In this document: positions 9,736 to 20,200 of the stretch, piece by piece
How positions within the stretch are numbered: the first letter of the stretch is position 1
How the letters are laid out: every line of letters starts with the position of its first letter
DNA from: Planctomycetota bacterium
Lineage (GTDB): Bacteria > Planctomycetota > B15-G4
Direction: 5' to 3'
DNA: 64,000 bases
Assembly (NCBI GenBank): GCA_029245865.1
Contig: JAQWOM010000056.1
Span: 30,417 to 94,416 of the forward strand
Program-made: the position numbers and the translations under genes
Notes under the pieces: generated by a model
Told to the model about the DNA's origin: nothing
Seen by the model: the letters and a program-made list of their open reading frames with translations, nothing else
Databases searched by the model: none

Positions 9736-10707
9736 GTGGCTGGTGACATTCTCGTCGTGGCCGAACACCAGGCTGGCACTGTAAAGCGCCCCTCGCTCGA
9801 AGCCCTCACATGTGCTGCCGGACTTGCCGGCTCTCTGGGCGGCAGCGTTGTCGCACTCCTCGCAGGCGATGGCGCCGACCAGGCCGCAAGCGCCTGCGGA
9901 CAACATGGCGCAGCACGCGTCCTGACGCTCGATGTAGACATCTCAGACACCACGGCTTGGGCATCTGCCGTCGCCGGTGTTGCGAGTCACGAGTCACCCA
10001 GCCTTGTGCTCTTCTCGCAATCCAACCGTGGCAAGGACCTCGCGCCTCGTGTCGCTGCACTGCTCGGCCTTCCCTTGGCCTCTGACTGCACGAACATCTC
10101 TGCAGATGGTGGCGCTCTTGTCGCACGCCGCCCCGTGTTCGCTGGCAAAGCACTCGTCAACGTCACGGCCACAGGCACGATGCTTGCGACGCTTCGTCCA
10201 AATGCTGTCTCGGCTTCAGTCAATCCTGCCGCTGGCGAAACCTCTGCGGCCGAGATCACAGCACCCACCAGAGGCCTCGGCGCCGTACTTGCAGAGATCG
10301 TTGCTGCGGCCAGTGAGAAAGTCGAACTCACCGAGGCTCCCATCGTGGTCTCCGGCGGCCGCGGTATGAAAGAGGCCGAGAACTTCCACCTGATCGAAGA
10401 TCTCGCAACCGCCCTCGGGGGAGCTGTCGGCGCTTCCAGAGCCGTGGTAGATGCGGGCTGGCGCCCCCACGCTGAACAGGTTGGACAGACAGGCAAAACC
10501 GTCTCTCCTCAGCTCTACATTGCTGTCGCCATCTCGGGTGCCATCCAGCACTTGGCGGGCATGCGTACGAGCAACTACATCGTGGCTATCAACAAGGATG
10601 CAGAGGCCCCTATTTTCAAAGTGGCCGACTACGGCATTGTTGGCGACGCCTTCGAAGTCGTTCCACGACTCATCGAGGCAGTCAAAGAACTCAAAGCACA
10701 CGCATAG
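9736..10707 (+). CDS. etfA: Electron transfer flavoprotein alpha subunit
   Basis: Motifs VVSGGRG, GASRAVVDAGW, QVGQTGKTV-x-P-x-LY, ISGAIQHLAGM and INKD-x-EAPIF. AGGAG precedes the GTG at 9736. Confidence 0.96.
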   Translation: MAGDILVVAEHQAGTVKRPSLEALTCAAGLAGSLGGSVVALLAGDGADQAASACGQHGAARVLTLDVDISDTTAWASAVAGVASHESPSLVLFSQSNRGKDLAPRVAALLGLPLASDCTNISADGGALVARRPVFAGKALVNVTATGTMLATLRPNAVSASVNPAAGETSAAEITAPTRGLGAVLAEIVAAASEKVELTEAPIVVSGGRGMKEAENFHLIEDLATALGGAVGASRAVVDAGWRPHAEQVGQTGKTVSPQLYIAVAISGAIQHLAGMRTSNYIVAINKDAEAPIFKVADYGIVGDAFEVVPRLIEAVKELKAHA

Positions 10708-10713
10708 TGAAGG

Positions 10714-11268
10714 TCACCTGGCAAAGGTGACTTCTTGAAGGTCGTCACCTTCCATCTTCACCACCACGGCTGAGTTGAGACGGCTCAGCCAGACGGCTCG
10801 AGCCGCCGGGTCCATGCGCTCGGTTTTTTCGGCATAACTCACACTGTGCAGGCCGTCATTGCCTCTCAACAAACGCACCAACTCGTGTTTGTCGGCGTGT
10901 CCACGACACCCCTCGACACGCCATTCATAAGAGAGGGCGTTTTCATCGTGGGAGAGAACGATCCAGGTGACATCGGGGCAGTCACTCTCGATGGTGGCGC
11001 GACGCGCCGCCATCCACTGCTCGAGAGTGAGTGGCGTCTCTTCGACAAACTCAATCGTGATGCGGTGAGTCCAGTTTCCGAGTTCTTGCCCCACAGGAAC
11101 AAGTTCGGTGATCGCGCCCCTTCCAGCACCGAAATCGACCATCCGGCCAGTTTGCCAGGCAGGACCTACACCCGGAAGTTTCACTGTCTCCAGAGGCGTG
11201 GCGCAACCCACCAGAGCCAAGGTCAAGAGCAAGCTCGCACTCCATGAAAAGATCAAGTGCCGCTTCAT
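10714..11268 (-). CDS. Hypothetical lipoprotein
   Basis: Start re-called at ATG 11268 (GAGGAG upstream) so it does not overlap the next gene. Signal peptide with LVGC lipobox. Confidence 0.7.
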   Translation of the reverse strand: MKRHLIFSWSASLLLTLALVGCATPLETVKLPGVGPAWQTGRMVDFGAGRGAITELVPVGQELGNWTHRITIEFVEETPLTLEQWMAARRATIESDCPDVTWIVLSHDENALSYEWRVEGCRGHADKHELVRLLRGNDGLHSVSYAEKTERMDPAARAVWLSRLNSAVVVKMEGDDLQEVTFAR

Positions 11269-11311
11269 CTCAGCCCCTCCTCTTGAACGCCTTGTTGACA
11301 TGTATCTCTTC

Positions 11312-12928
11312 CTAAACCAGTTCTGAAGGCACTGCTTCTGCCCGCCACCGGCGCACAAGAGCATCCGCGACTCGCAGTCCGTCGACCGCAGCGGACATGA
11401 TGCCACCCGCATGGCCAGCACCTTCCCCGACAGGGAACAGGCCCGGATGACTTGGGGACTCCAACGTCTCAGCGTCTCGCAACAAGCGTACAGGCGAACT
11501 GCTGCGACTCTCGGGGCCGACCAGCATGCCATGCTCCCCTGCAAACCCAGGCAGGCGTCGATCGATATCGAGCAATGCCGCTCGCAACGAATCTGCCGCG
11601 CCCACGGGAAGCACCTCATCCAGTGGTGCTGAAGTCAGCGGCAAGGGATAGGAGGTCTTTCCGAGTGACTCGGAAACGCGGCCTGCCAGGAAATCGGTCA
11701 CTCGCTGAGCAGGCGCAGCGAAACCGCCCCCGCCCAGATCCCAGGCACGGGATTCAAGTTGACGCTGGAGACGCAATCCATCACGCGGGTCCGTGCCGTA
11801 AACATCAGGGATCACTGTGACAACCAAACCACTGTTGGCGAACTGGCCGTCGCGCGCCTTGGGACTGGCGCCGTTGACGCACATGAAGCCTTCCCGCTCC
11901 ATCGCAGGAAGAATCTCTCCGCCAGGGCACATACAGAAACTGAACACGTCTGAACGCGCCCCCTTGCGATCTCGAGAGCGCAACGCGTACTCCGCAACAG
12001 GCAATGCCGTATGTCCACAGGAGTCTCCGTACTGAAGTTTGTCGATCAGAGCCTGGGGATGCTCGATGCGCAACCCCGTCTGAAACGGTTTCGCTTCCGC
12101 AGCCACCCCTTCGTCCAGCAGCATCTCCATCGTATCGCGCGCAGAGTGCCCGATGCCCAACACCACGGCTCCTGCTGGCACCTCTCTTTCGCCGCAACGC
12201 ACACCCGCAAGACGCCCATTCTTGGCGGTCAACCCATCCACCTTGGTGTCGAAGCGCACGACAAGTCCACGTCGCTGAAGATCAGATCGCATACGCCGGA
12301 TAATGGCTGGGAGTGCATTGCTACCTATGTGCGGCGCAGCCAGCCACTGACATGCCTCTGGCGCGCCATACGTGACCAGAACTTCCAGAACGTCAGCAAC
12401 CCGTGGGTCTTTTATGCGTGTGGTGAGCTTCCCATCACTGAATGCTCCGGCACCTCCTTCGCCGAACAGCAAGTTGCACTCGGCATCGAAGGCCCCGCCT
12501 TTCACAAAGTCAGCCCAGCGGCGACCGCGCTCTGTGATATCGGGACCGCGCTCAATCAAGATCGGAGCGAAACCCTCTCGTACAAGTCTCCATGCTGCAA
12601 AGAGACCTGCGGGCCCACCACCCACGATGACAGGTCGACCAGGCATCTCGGGCCGCTCATCAGAGAACACTTCAGGTATGCGGGCCGGCCCAGATCGGCG
12701 CAACTTCTGCTTATGCCGACCGTGCAGTGCAAGTTTCTCGTGTCGCGGTGAAAGTGTCAGCTCCAGGGCATAGACATACACGGGATCGCGCCCGACACGC
12801 GCATCAAGCGACTTGCGCAAAATACGTGCATGCTCGACGGGCAGCCCGAGCCGTCGGCCCGCAAGGCGGGCTGGATCTGTCCCCTCGAGTTCAAGCGGTA
12901 CGCGAAGATCTTGGAAGACGAGCGTCAT
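11312..12928 (-). CDS. FAD-dependent oxidoreductase (COG2509-like uncharacterised dehydrogenase)
   Basis: Motifs IVGGGPAGLFAA, FGEGGAG-x-FSDGKL, PHIG, FSFCMCPGG, SSSPVR and GEGAG-x-AGGIMSAAVDG. Confidence 0.88.
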   Translation of the reverse strand: MTLVFQDLRVPLELEGTDPARLAGRRLGLPVEHARILRKSLDARVGRDPVYVYALELTLSPRHEKLALHGRHKQKLRRSGPARIPEVFSDERPEMPGRPVIVGGGPAGLFAAWRLVREGFAPILIERGPDITERGRRWADFVKGGAFDAECNLLFGEGGAGAFSDGKLTTRIKDPRVADVLEVLVTYGAPEACQWLAAPHIGSNALPAIIRRMRSDLQRRGLVVRFDTKVDGLTAKNGRLAGVRCGEREVPAGAVVLGIGHSARDTMEMLLDEGVAAEAKPFQTGLRIEHPQALIDKLQYGDSCGHTALPVAEYALRSRDRKGARSDVFSFCMCPGGEILPAMEREGFMCVNGASPKARDGQFANSGLVVTVIPDVYGTDPRDGLRLQRQLESRAWDLGGGGFAAPAQRVTDFLAGRVSESLGKTSYPLPLTSAPLDEVLPVGAADSLRAALLDIDRRLPGFAGEHGMLVGPESRSSSPVRLLRDAETLESPSHPGLFPVGEGAGHAGGIMSAAVDGLRVADALVRRWRAEAVPSELV

Positions 12929-13045
12929 GGGGCGAGAGCGTACCCGTTGACCCCATTCTCAACATACTCACCTCTTTTACTCGGCCTCTCCAGAGCCCTC
13001 GAAAAGACCTCTCCGAGGGAGCGTCACCCCGGAGTGCCCATGGAT

Positions 13046-13288
13046 TTACGTCAGCCCCTCGTAGGCGGAGACAAAGCATGCCCGACCGCTTCGGCAATCC
13101 TCAGGGTCTACAAAGCCTCGATCCGGACCGAGTTGATGCCCCGTCGTTCGACACCAACACCAGTTACTGGCATCGAGGACGTCTGCGTCGGTCATCGGCA
13201 ACCCGGTGCTGGTCAACACCTTCTTGCTCGACAACTCTCGGCAAAATGGGCTGAACCGCAACGGCTTTCTCGAATGCGTCGTGGCCAT
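13046..13288 (-). CDS. Small Cys-rich hypothetical protein at the end of the molybdoenzyme operon
   Basis: ATG 15 nt after the FAD-subunit stop with a strong AGGAG RBS; 80 aa with 5 Cys (WCWC...GPD...C-x5-C). Confidence 0.7.
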   Translation of the reverse strand: MATTHSRKPLRFSPFCRELSSKKVLTSTGLPMTDADVLDASNWCWCRTTGHQLGPDRGFVDPEDCRSGRACFVSAYEGLT

Positions 13289-13303
13289 GATTATTTCTCC
13301 TGA

Positions 13304-14293
13304 TCAGGACGCGAGTGTCTGTAGAGCACGAGTCACAAGCCCTTTGGTCAGCGGCACTTTGTAGGCATTGTCGGACAAAGGCTCGGCCTGCCTGAGAGCC
13401 TCATCCACCACGCGACGGATCGTTTGCTCGTCTACGGCGTGGCCAACAAGTAAGAGCTCACTGCTTTCGCAACGCCATGGCGTCGGGGCAACGCCACCCA
13501 AGACGAGACGCGCACCAGTCGTCATGCCATCACTCATCCACAGACACAAGGCAACCGACGAAAGTGCCCAGTCATAGGAACCGCGTTCTCGAAACTTGAT
13601 GTAGGTGCTGCGCATACCCTGCCTTTGAACAGGAACATGAACCGAGGCCAGCACTTCATCAGGTTCACGAATGGTTTCGCGAGTGATCCCGTCGTCAGCA
13701 GGGAGCAGGTAGTATTCGCTCAACAGCACGGTACGCCGACCGCGAGGACTCACCAGCACGGCACTTGCTCCGAGGGCAACAAGCGCGGGCGCTAAATCGC
13801 TGGGGTGCACGATATAAGTCGGACCGCCTCCGAGGATGGCGTTGTATTTATTCTCGCCAAGTTGCGCAAAGCAATGCGTGCCGCCCTTTTTGAGGCAGAC
13901 GGAATCTGCGTTGCGGTAGTACCAACAACGCGGACGCTGGTTCAGGTTGCCACCCACCGTGCCAACGGAACGAATCTGAGGACTTCCAACCTGCTGCGCT
14001 GCCTCGGCCAGAACCGCCATCTCTTCAAGTACGCGTGGCTCTTCGGCAAGAGACTGCAGAGTGACCAACGCACCCAGTGTCAGACTTCCATCAGCCTCCC
14101 AGTTCATGGCATCGAGGCCGGCAACACCCTTGAGGTTCACAACGCGTTCGGGCTCAACCAACCCGTCTTTCAATTCACCCAACAAGTCCTGCCCACCTGC
14201 CAGCAACACCGCCTGGCGGCTGTCAGACGAAGTCGGCAGAAGTGCGGCAGCACCTTCGATGCTGGTCGGCTTTTGCAGATCGAACGTGTTCAT
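13304..14293 (-). CDS. Xanthine dehydrogenase-family FAD-binding subunit (PaoB/YagS-like)
   Basis: Motifs LAGGQDL, QIRSVGTVGGNLNQRPRCWYYR, HPSD and LGGVAPTPWR. Confidence 0.92.
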   Translation of the reverse strand: MNTFDLQKPTSIEGAAALLPTSSDSRQAVLLAGGQDLLGELKDGLVEPERVVNLKGVAGLDAMNWEADGSLTLGALVTLQSLAEEPRVLEEMAVLAEAAQQVGSPQIRSVGTVGGNLNQRPRCWYYRNADSVCLKKGGTHCFAQLGENKYNAILGGGPTYIVHPSDLAPALVALGASAVLVSPRGRRTVLLSEYYLLPADDGITRETIREPDEVLASVHVPVQRQGMRSTYIKFRERGSYDWALSSVALCLWMSDGMTTGARLVLGGVAPTPWRCESSELLLVGHAVDEQTIRRVVDEALRQAEPLSDNAYKVPLTKGLVTRALQTLAS

Positions 14294-14294
14294 A

Positions 14295-16442
14295 TCAGCT
14301 CATCCCGCCTTTTGCCTGCAGCACACGTGCTGGCGTAAATGGCATTTCTCGCAACCGCAAGCCACATGCGTTGTAAATCGCATTGCCGATCGCGCTATGT
14401 CCGGGAATATTGGACGCCTCGGCCATACCCATCACAGCTTCTCGTGTGTCTTCATCATCGATGATGGCCACAAGCTCCGGCATTTCTCCGCAACCGGCAA
14501 TCTTGTAGTTCTCCAGGTTGCCCGAAAGCATCAGGCCCGTTTTCTTATCCAGGACCCGCTCTTCGAAAAGCGCAAAGCTGAGCGCCTGGATCATGCCACC
14601 ATTCATCTGACTTCGGATGGCCATGCGATTGAGCGGAAGCCCTTGATCCTGAATCGACACCATTTTCAAAACCGTCACGCGGCCGGTGAGTAAATCCACT
14701 TCCACCTTGGCGGCTTGTGCCCCATGGATGCCCTGATCACGCAAGTGAGGCTGGAAACGCCCCGACACTTGCAAGGGATCTTTCCCCAAGGACGCGCAAG
14801 CCTGCTTCCAACTCACCGATCGGCCAGAATCCCCTTCCACGAAAACGCGGTGATCTGCAAACCGAATCTCCTCCGGCTCCGCATCTAGCATCGGCGCGAT
14901 CCGTTTCGCGAGTTCGACACGCGCATTGAAGGCACCATCCTTGACCGACGGGCCAAGACTCCCTGTTGTCACACTGCCGCCGGAGGCAACCGAAGGCGGC
15001 AAGCGACTGTCACCTATGTCCGTGGAAACCTCATGTGCGGCCAAGCCCAGTTCCTCCGCGACGATGGCCGCAACGAGCGTCCGCGCGCCCTGCCCAATGT
15101 CCTGGACTCCCGTCGCCGCCAGTACCGACCCATCCGGCCCGATACGCACATCCACAACCGTGATGTCTCGGCTGCGACTCCCCCAGATGGCGACACCAAA
15201 TCCAATGCCCACAGCCAGCGCGTTCTCGGGAACACCCGGCTGAGTGCGATGGGGATGCTCGAGCCAGCCGATCTCTTTCGCAACTCGGTCTAACTGTCGG
15301 TGGTAAACCGGATCGGCGAGGTTCTTCTTACGAAACTCCACCGGATCCATGTTGATTCCATAAGCGAGTTCATCGAGGACCGATTCCATGGCAAAGCTAG
15401 CCTGTGGATGTCCTGGAGCCCGCATGGCCCGGCTGCTGTCTGTCGCAGTATGTACGGAACGAATTTCCGAGTAAGTATTTCCCACCGAATAGATGTATGG
15501 AGGAGTGGGTAGCGCGCCACGACCGACACCACCGTGCCGATCTGCTTCGACAGCAAGCGCTTTGAACACACCGTCCCGGGACGCGCCAGCAATCACGCGT
15601 TGCTCCGAGCCACTCCTGTTTCCGGCCATGAGGAACTCATCCTCGCGAGTCAGCATCAGATGAACAGGGCGCCGGAGTTCCAACGCGAGTTCACAAGCGA
15701 TGCGCCCTTCGATGCCACCCCCGAACTTCGCACCGAACCCACCGCCCACATTGTGCGCGACAACGCGCACGTTTTCCGAAGGCAAGTCTAGATGGCTGGC
15801 GAACTCTCGATTACTTCCCGTCACGCCTTGTGTGGAAAAATAAACCGTCGCTTCATTCCCCCCACGGTAGTCCACCACAACACCGTGCGTCTCAAGACTG
15901 ACATGGTGCTGCACCGGGACGCGAAAAGTGCCGCGGACAACAGCTGCGCACTCACTTAACGCCGCTTCAACCTCTGCTCGGTCTCCGCTGCTACTCAGGC
16001 CTGTCACGTTGCCGCGTCGCCCCACGACCGGGGCTCCTGGAGCAAGTGCGTCCTCGGGTGTCACGACCGGCTCGAGAACTTCGTAGTCGATTTTGACCCC
16101 GCACAGCCCAGCAGCCGCAGCCTCAGGTGTCTCCGCCACAATCGCACCGACCACACCGTCCGCACCTTGGAAAGCGATCGAATCGCCGACCTCTTTGAAT
16201 GGCGCGCCGTGCACCACGCCCGGCACCTTGCGGGCCTTGCGGTAACTCTGCGACTTGATCTTCGCGCGCGGGTAGGGACACACGACAAGACGCGCATAGA
16301 CCATCTGCGGAAGCCGAATGTCATGCGTATAAATCGCACGCCCCGTCACTTTTTCCGGGCCATCAACCCGTGGGATGTCAGAGTTGAGCAACGCGTGAGT
16401 GTCGTTGCTTCCCCACTCGGGTCGATTTCTGGCGCTTGTCAT
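14295..16442 (-). CDS. Xanthine dehydrogenase-family molybdopterin-binding subunit (PaoC/YagR-like)
   Basis: Motifs KVTGRA-x-Y, Q-x-H-x-x-LE-x-H, GGGFGAK, AMRAPGHPQ, DIGQG, SGGS and the catalytic Glu (GMAE). ATG 16442 overlaps the 2Fe-2S subunit stop. Confidence 0.92.
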   Translation of the reverse strand: MTSARNRPEWGSNDTHALLNSDIPRVDGPEKVTGRAIYTHDIRLPQMVYARLVVCPYPRAKIKSQSYRKARKVPGVVHGAPFKEVGDSIAFQGADGVVGAIVAETPEAAAAGLCGVKIDYEVLEPVVTPEDALAPGAPVVGRRGNVTGLSSSGDRAEVEAALSECAAVVRGTFRVPVQHHVSLETHGVVVDYRGGNEATVYFSTQGVTGSNREFASHLDLPSENVRVVAHNVGGGFGAKFGGGIEGRIACELALELRRPVHLMLTREDEFLMAGNRSGSEQRVIAGASRDGVFKALAVEADRHGGVGRGALPTPPYIYSVGNTYSEIRSVHTATDSSRAMRAPGHPQASFAMESVLDELAYGINMDPVEFRKKNLADPVYHRQLDRVAKEIGWLEHPHRTQPGVPENALAVGIGFGVAIWGSRSRDITVVDVRIGPDGSVLAATGVQDIGQGARTLVAAIVAEELGLAAHEVSTDIGDSRLPPSVASGGSVTTGSLGPSVKDGAFNARVELAKRIAPMLDAEPEEIRFADHRVFVEGDSGRSVSWKQACASLGKDPLQVSGRFQPHLRDQGIHGAQAAKVEVDLLTGRVTVLKMVSIQDQGLPLNRMAIRSQMNGGMIQALSFALFEERVLDKKTGLMLSGNLENYKIAGCGEMPELVAIIDDEDTREAVMGMAEASNIPGHSAIGNAIYNACGLRLREMPFTPARVLQAKGGMS

Positions 16443-17128
16443 CGTTCGCCTTTCAACACGCCAGATTCTCCGGCCGCTTGCACTGCTCGAATGATGTGCG
16501 TCTGAGTTCCACAACGACAGACATTGCCCGACAACTCGCGTTTAATCGTGTCGACATCTGGCGCGCCGTGCTTTTCAAGGCACGCTGTCGACGCCACGAT
16601 GAAACCAGGAGTGCAGAACCCGCACATGAGCCCATCAAAACGACAGAACTCTTCTTGCACCGGCGAGAGATCGTCAGGGGTGCCTATTCCTTCAATCGTT
16701 CGAATCGCATGGCCGGGCATGTCGTCAGCAAGCTGCATGCAGGAGTACACAGGGCGTCCGTCCACAATCACGGTGCACGCGCCACAGCTCCCTCGATCAC
16801 AAACCTCTTTGGTGCCCGTCATCGGGGGCGAAACATGGTGCCGCAGAGCCCCAAGCAAGGTGGTCTGTGGTTCCACATCCACGAGCACCTGCTCACCATT
16901 TACCTGCAAGGCAATCTGATGCCTTCCGCTCAGAGAAACCGTCGAGGCCCCCGGAGCCGACGCCTCCTGCGGCACGACGCCCTCAGAAGTTGACGGCTGC
17001 GCCAGCCCACCAGCCAAGGCGCCAGCAACGACACCTCCACCGGCCCCCTTCAGGAACGAGCGGCGGGACAATCCCGACAGTTCATCGAGTTCATCTTGTT
17101 CTGAGGGGCTTCGGTCATCTGGGGTCAT
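16439..17128 (-). CDS. 2x[2Fe-2S] subunit with Tat signal (PaoA/YagT-like)
   Basis: Twin-arginine motif SRRSFLKG; CDRGSCGAC...C, CGFC and CRC ligand sets. Confidence 0.93.
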   Translation of the reverse strand: MTPDDRSPSEQDELDELSGLSRRSFLKGAGGGVVAGALAGGLAQPSTSEGVVPQEASAPGASTVSLSGRHQIALQVNGEQVLVDVEPQTTLLGALRHHVSPPMTGTKEVCDRGSCGACTVIVDGRPVYSCMQLADDMPGHAIRTIEGIGTPDDLSPVQEEFCRFDGLMCGFCTPGFIVASTACLEKHGAPDVDTIKRELSGNVCRCGTQTHIIRAVQAAGESGVLKGER

Positions 17129-17294
17129 GAAGCAAGTGTCCGGGCAAATGAGCAGTCGCTACGAATGGTCCACGCAGATTGTAGGCAGGTCTGCCCCCGA
17201 ACGGGCACCTGACTCAAGATTCACATGAACTGAGTTCGGGTGCGACCGTCCCGGCCACGGGCCCCATCCACAAACCGGACGCCACCCAGCAGCC

Positions 17295-20200
17295 CTAGCG
17301 AACCGGCGGATCCACCTCGCGAATCGCCGCGCCATGCTCTTTGCTGGCTACGAGTACGCTGTATGCCTCTGCTGGAGCCAGCTCCTCTCCAGAGTGGGAA
17401 ACATAGTCAAAACGCCCACGCAGGTCCGTGTAGCCGTCCTTGTGGAAACGCGTCCTCCCACTTCGCGTCCGGGCATAGACCTTGATGTACACCTCAGGTA
17501 AAGGCTGGCCGTTCGTCACATCCGCCACCTTCAGTTGCCCGTAATTTTCCATCATCTGCACCAACATGCTGTTGGCAAAGACCTCCTCACGGCGGACCAC
17601 TCCGCCGCCGCGCACCTCCACCAGCACATTCTTGTTGCGGAAAGACTCCGGAAGTTCGAGCGATGTCTCACGGCTTCCCGAATCGAACACCAGCGCATCA
17701 CTCTGGTTCGGTTGAATGAACGCAAAGATGTCACCTTCTGCCTGGGAAAATGGCCTGGCTGAAAACAAGAACTCGATGTCCATCAAGTAGTAGCCAATCT
17801 CGCACTCACCAAGATTGTCGTGCCAGATCGTGACGCGTCCGTCCGCCACCTCAAGCTCCAACAACGGCTCTTGAGCAGCAAGCTCTGCATCCGACTGCAT
17901 GCGGCTCTCCGGGTCCACGACGACCACTGCGGCTCCTTCCGCCTCATCCAGCTGATTCAGGACATCCAGAAAACGGTCGCGCCAGCGTGGCACAGGGTAA
18001 TCGCGATAGGGCTCCGCAAGGCGCCGGGCCAGAGCGTGGTCCGGAGTAAAGAAGTCCAGATAAGCCGCTGCGTAGTCGTGCTGCATCCGTGCTTCTATCG
18101 CATCTCGTGGCACCCGACCAAAAGCAGCCAAAGCTTCTTCGACACGATCCTGCAGCAATAAGTAGTAAGTCACCTCCAGCCAATCGTTGGCATTCAACTG
18201 TGGACGCCTGGCGGTGATCTCTAGAAAAGATTGGTATTGAGCAGCAAAGGCCTCATTGAGAATGCGGCGCTCGCCCCCGAAGCTGTGAACGCGCTCGTTC
18301 ACGAGTGGAGCAAACTCTACGTGTTCATAGAGCCGCCGCTGCACCGGGTTGATGGTCACCAGAGGCGACTCGAGTACAGGGCCGCACTGCGCCAGAAATG
18401 CACTGTCCATCTGGAGAAGTTCTCCGGTCGCCTGCGCGTCGGCGTGCATCAGCGCATAGGCCCAGAGCGAGCGGTCAAAAACATGCCTCTCTCGGAGAGC
18501 CTGGAGAACCTGCTGGAAGGCTGTTTTATCAGCCATTCGCCACGCGATGCGCTCCAGATCAAGCCGTCCGGGATTGCTCTTGGCGATGTATGCCAGGACC
18601 CCTTCCAAGGTGCCTCTCTGCGACACATAACCCCAGGAGCTCTCGTCGACCGAACTCGGCTCGGAAACCACGTGGAACGTCTGAGATTTGCCGGCTACAA
18701 GAAACCGCCCCTCACTCGACACATGCGCCGGATACATCGGGAAGTCACCGATTCTCGGAAAGTAGAAGAAGACCTCGCGCATCACACTTCCCAGGGCGGG
18801 CAGAGAAATATCGAGGCCTGCTGTCTTGAGTCCGTTGGCCACTGGAATGGCTCCTTCCGGAATCTGCAACAGGAGTTCCAGAGAACGTGGCTGCGACGTC
18901 GGGTTGGAGATCACCACCTGGCTGCCATAGACGACATGCGTGAGTAGTTCACCATCAACGTATGACTCGTAACGCCGATTCCCTTCGTACCGATAGCGTT
19001 CATCAGCACGGAAAACTTTTTGCTCGACGAGTAACGGCCCCCCTGCCTCATCACGCTCCGCAACACGCAACTCCCTGCAAACAAGCAAGGCGTGTGATGC
19101 TGTGGTGATCGTCAGGCGCCCTGGAAATGCCCAGGTGCCGTTGGTCGTGTGATCACTGGCCTCAAAAGGCAGATCTAGCAAAGCAAGCGCCAACAACATC
19201 TCGTTGACATGCCGCGTGGCAAGCGCGAAGTGCTTCGAGAGGAATGCCTTGTCATCTCCAGCCCGTGCAAAGTCGAGCCAGAAGGCCGTGGGCGTGATCA
19301 ACGCGGCGCCCTGCTCCCAGATGCGAAGGTGCCAGTAGTTGTCCTCGACGTAGGATTTCGTCGCCCCCGTTCCACGATAAAGCGACTTGCCAAGAACACG
19401 CATGGCGGCGTCAGAGGCGAGACCAGCGTCGTAACCCAGTGACCGCAGCTGAGCTGCCGTCTCTTCATCAACGGCAAATTCAGCCTCGAACGCATCATCA
19501 ACCATAGACTCGGCGCCCGGCCCCCGAGGGCCACGGCTCTTTGGACCCGGCAGAGACTCCTGTGCAACATCCATCGCCGATCCCAGCAAGGCAGCCTCGA
19601 ACAACTGGCGCTGCAAGGCGATGTCGGGCGTCATCAGATCCAACTCTTCGACGATCTGACGCATGACAGCCTGACTTTGGCCCGGCATGCGCTTCCCGAG
19701 CAGGATGCGTTCCATCACGTTCAACTGGGAGTACGCAAAAGGCTCGAGATACGCGGTCAAATCTCGCTCCAGCAACCATTCGTCGAGGAAAGTCTTCGAG
19801 GACTTGTTCTCAAGGTAGGGCAGAACGATTTCTTTGAAGAAATCCGGATCTTTCTGATGCAAAAACACGTGCATTTCGTGAGACCCGAAATCGTTGTAGA
19901 ACTCGAGCTTTTCGGAACGCGACCAGCGAGGCCAATCCAGAAGAAAGCGCCAGGCATCGAGTTCATCCGTCTCGTCAAGCGTCGCATAGAGACGGAACAC
20001 GGACGCCAGCGAGTCGTACAACTCAAACTTTGCCGTGCTCACGTCATCGATCACCACCGACGAGCCCTCGGGCACAACCTGCAGGGTCCTCTGAACAGCA
20101 ACGTGATCCGCAGACGGCAAAGCATGCTCAAGACGCACGTCACGCGGAACAAGTTCGCTTTGCTCCAGAGCCAACGACTGGTAAATCGTTGACTCCGCGT

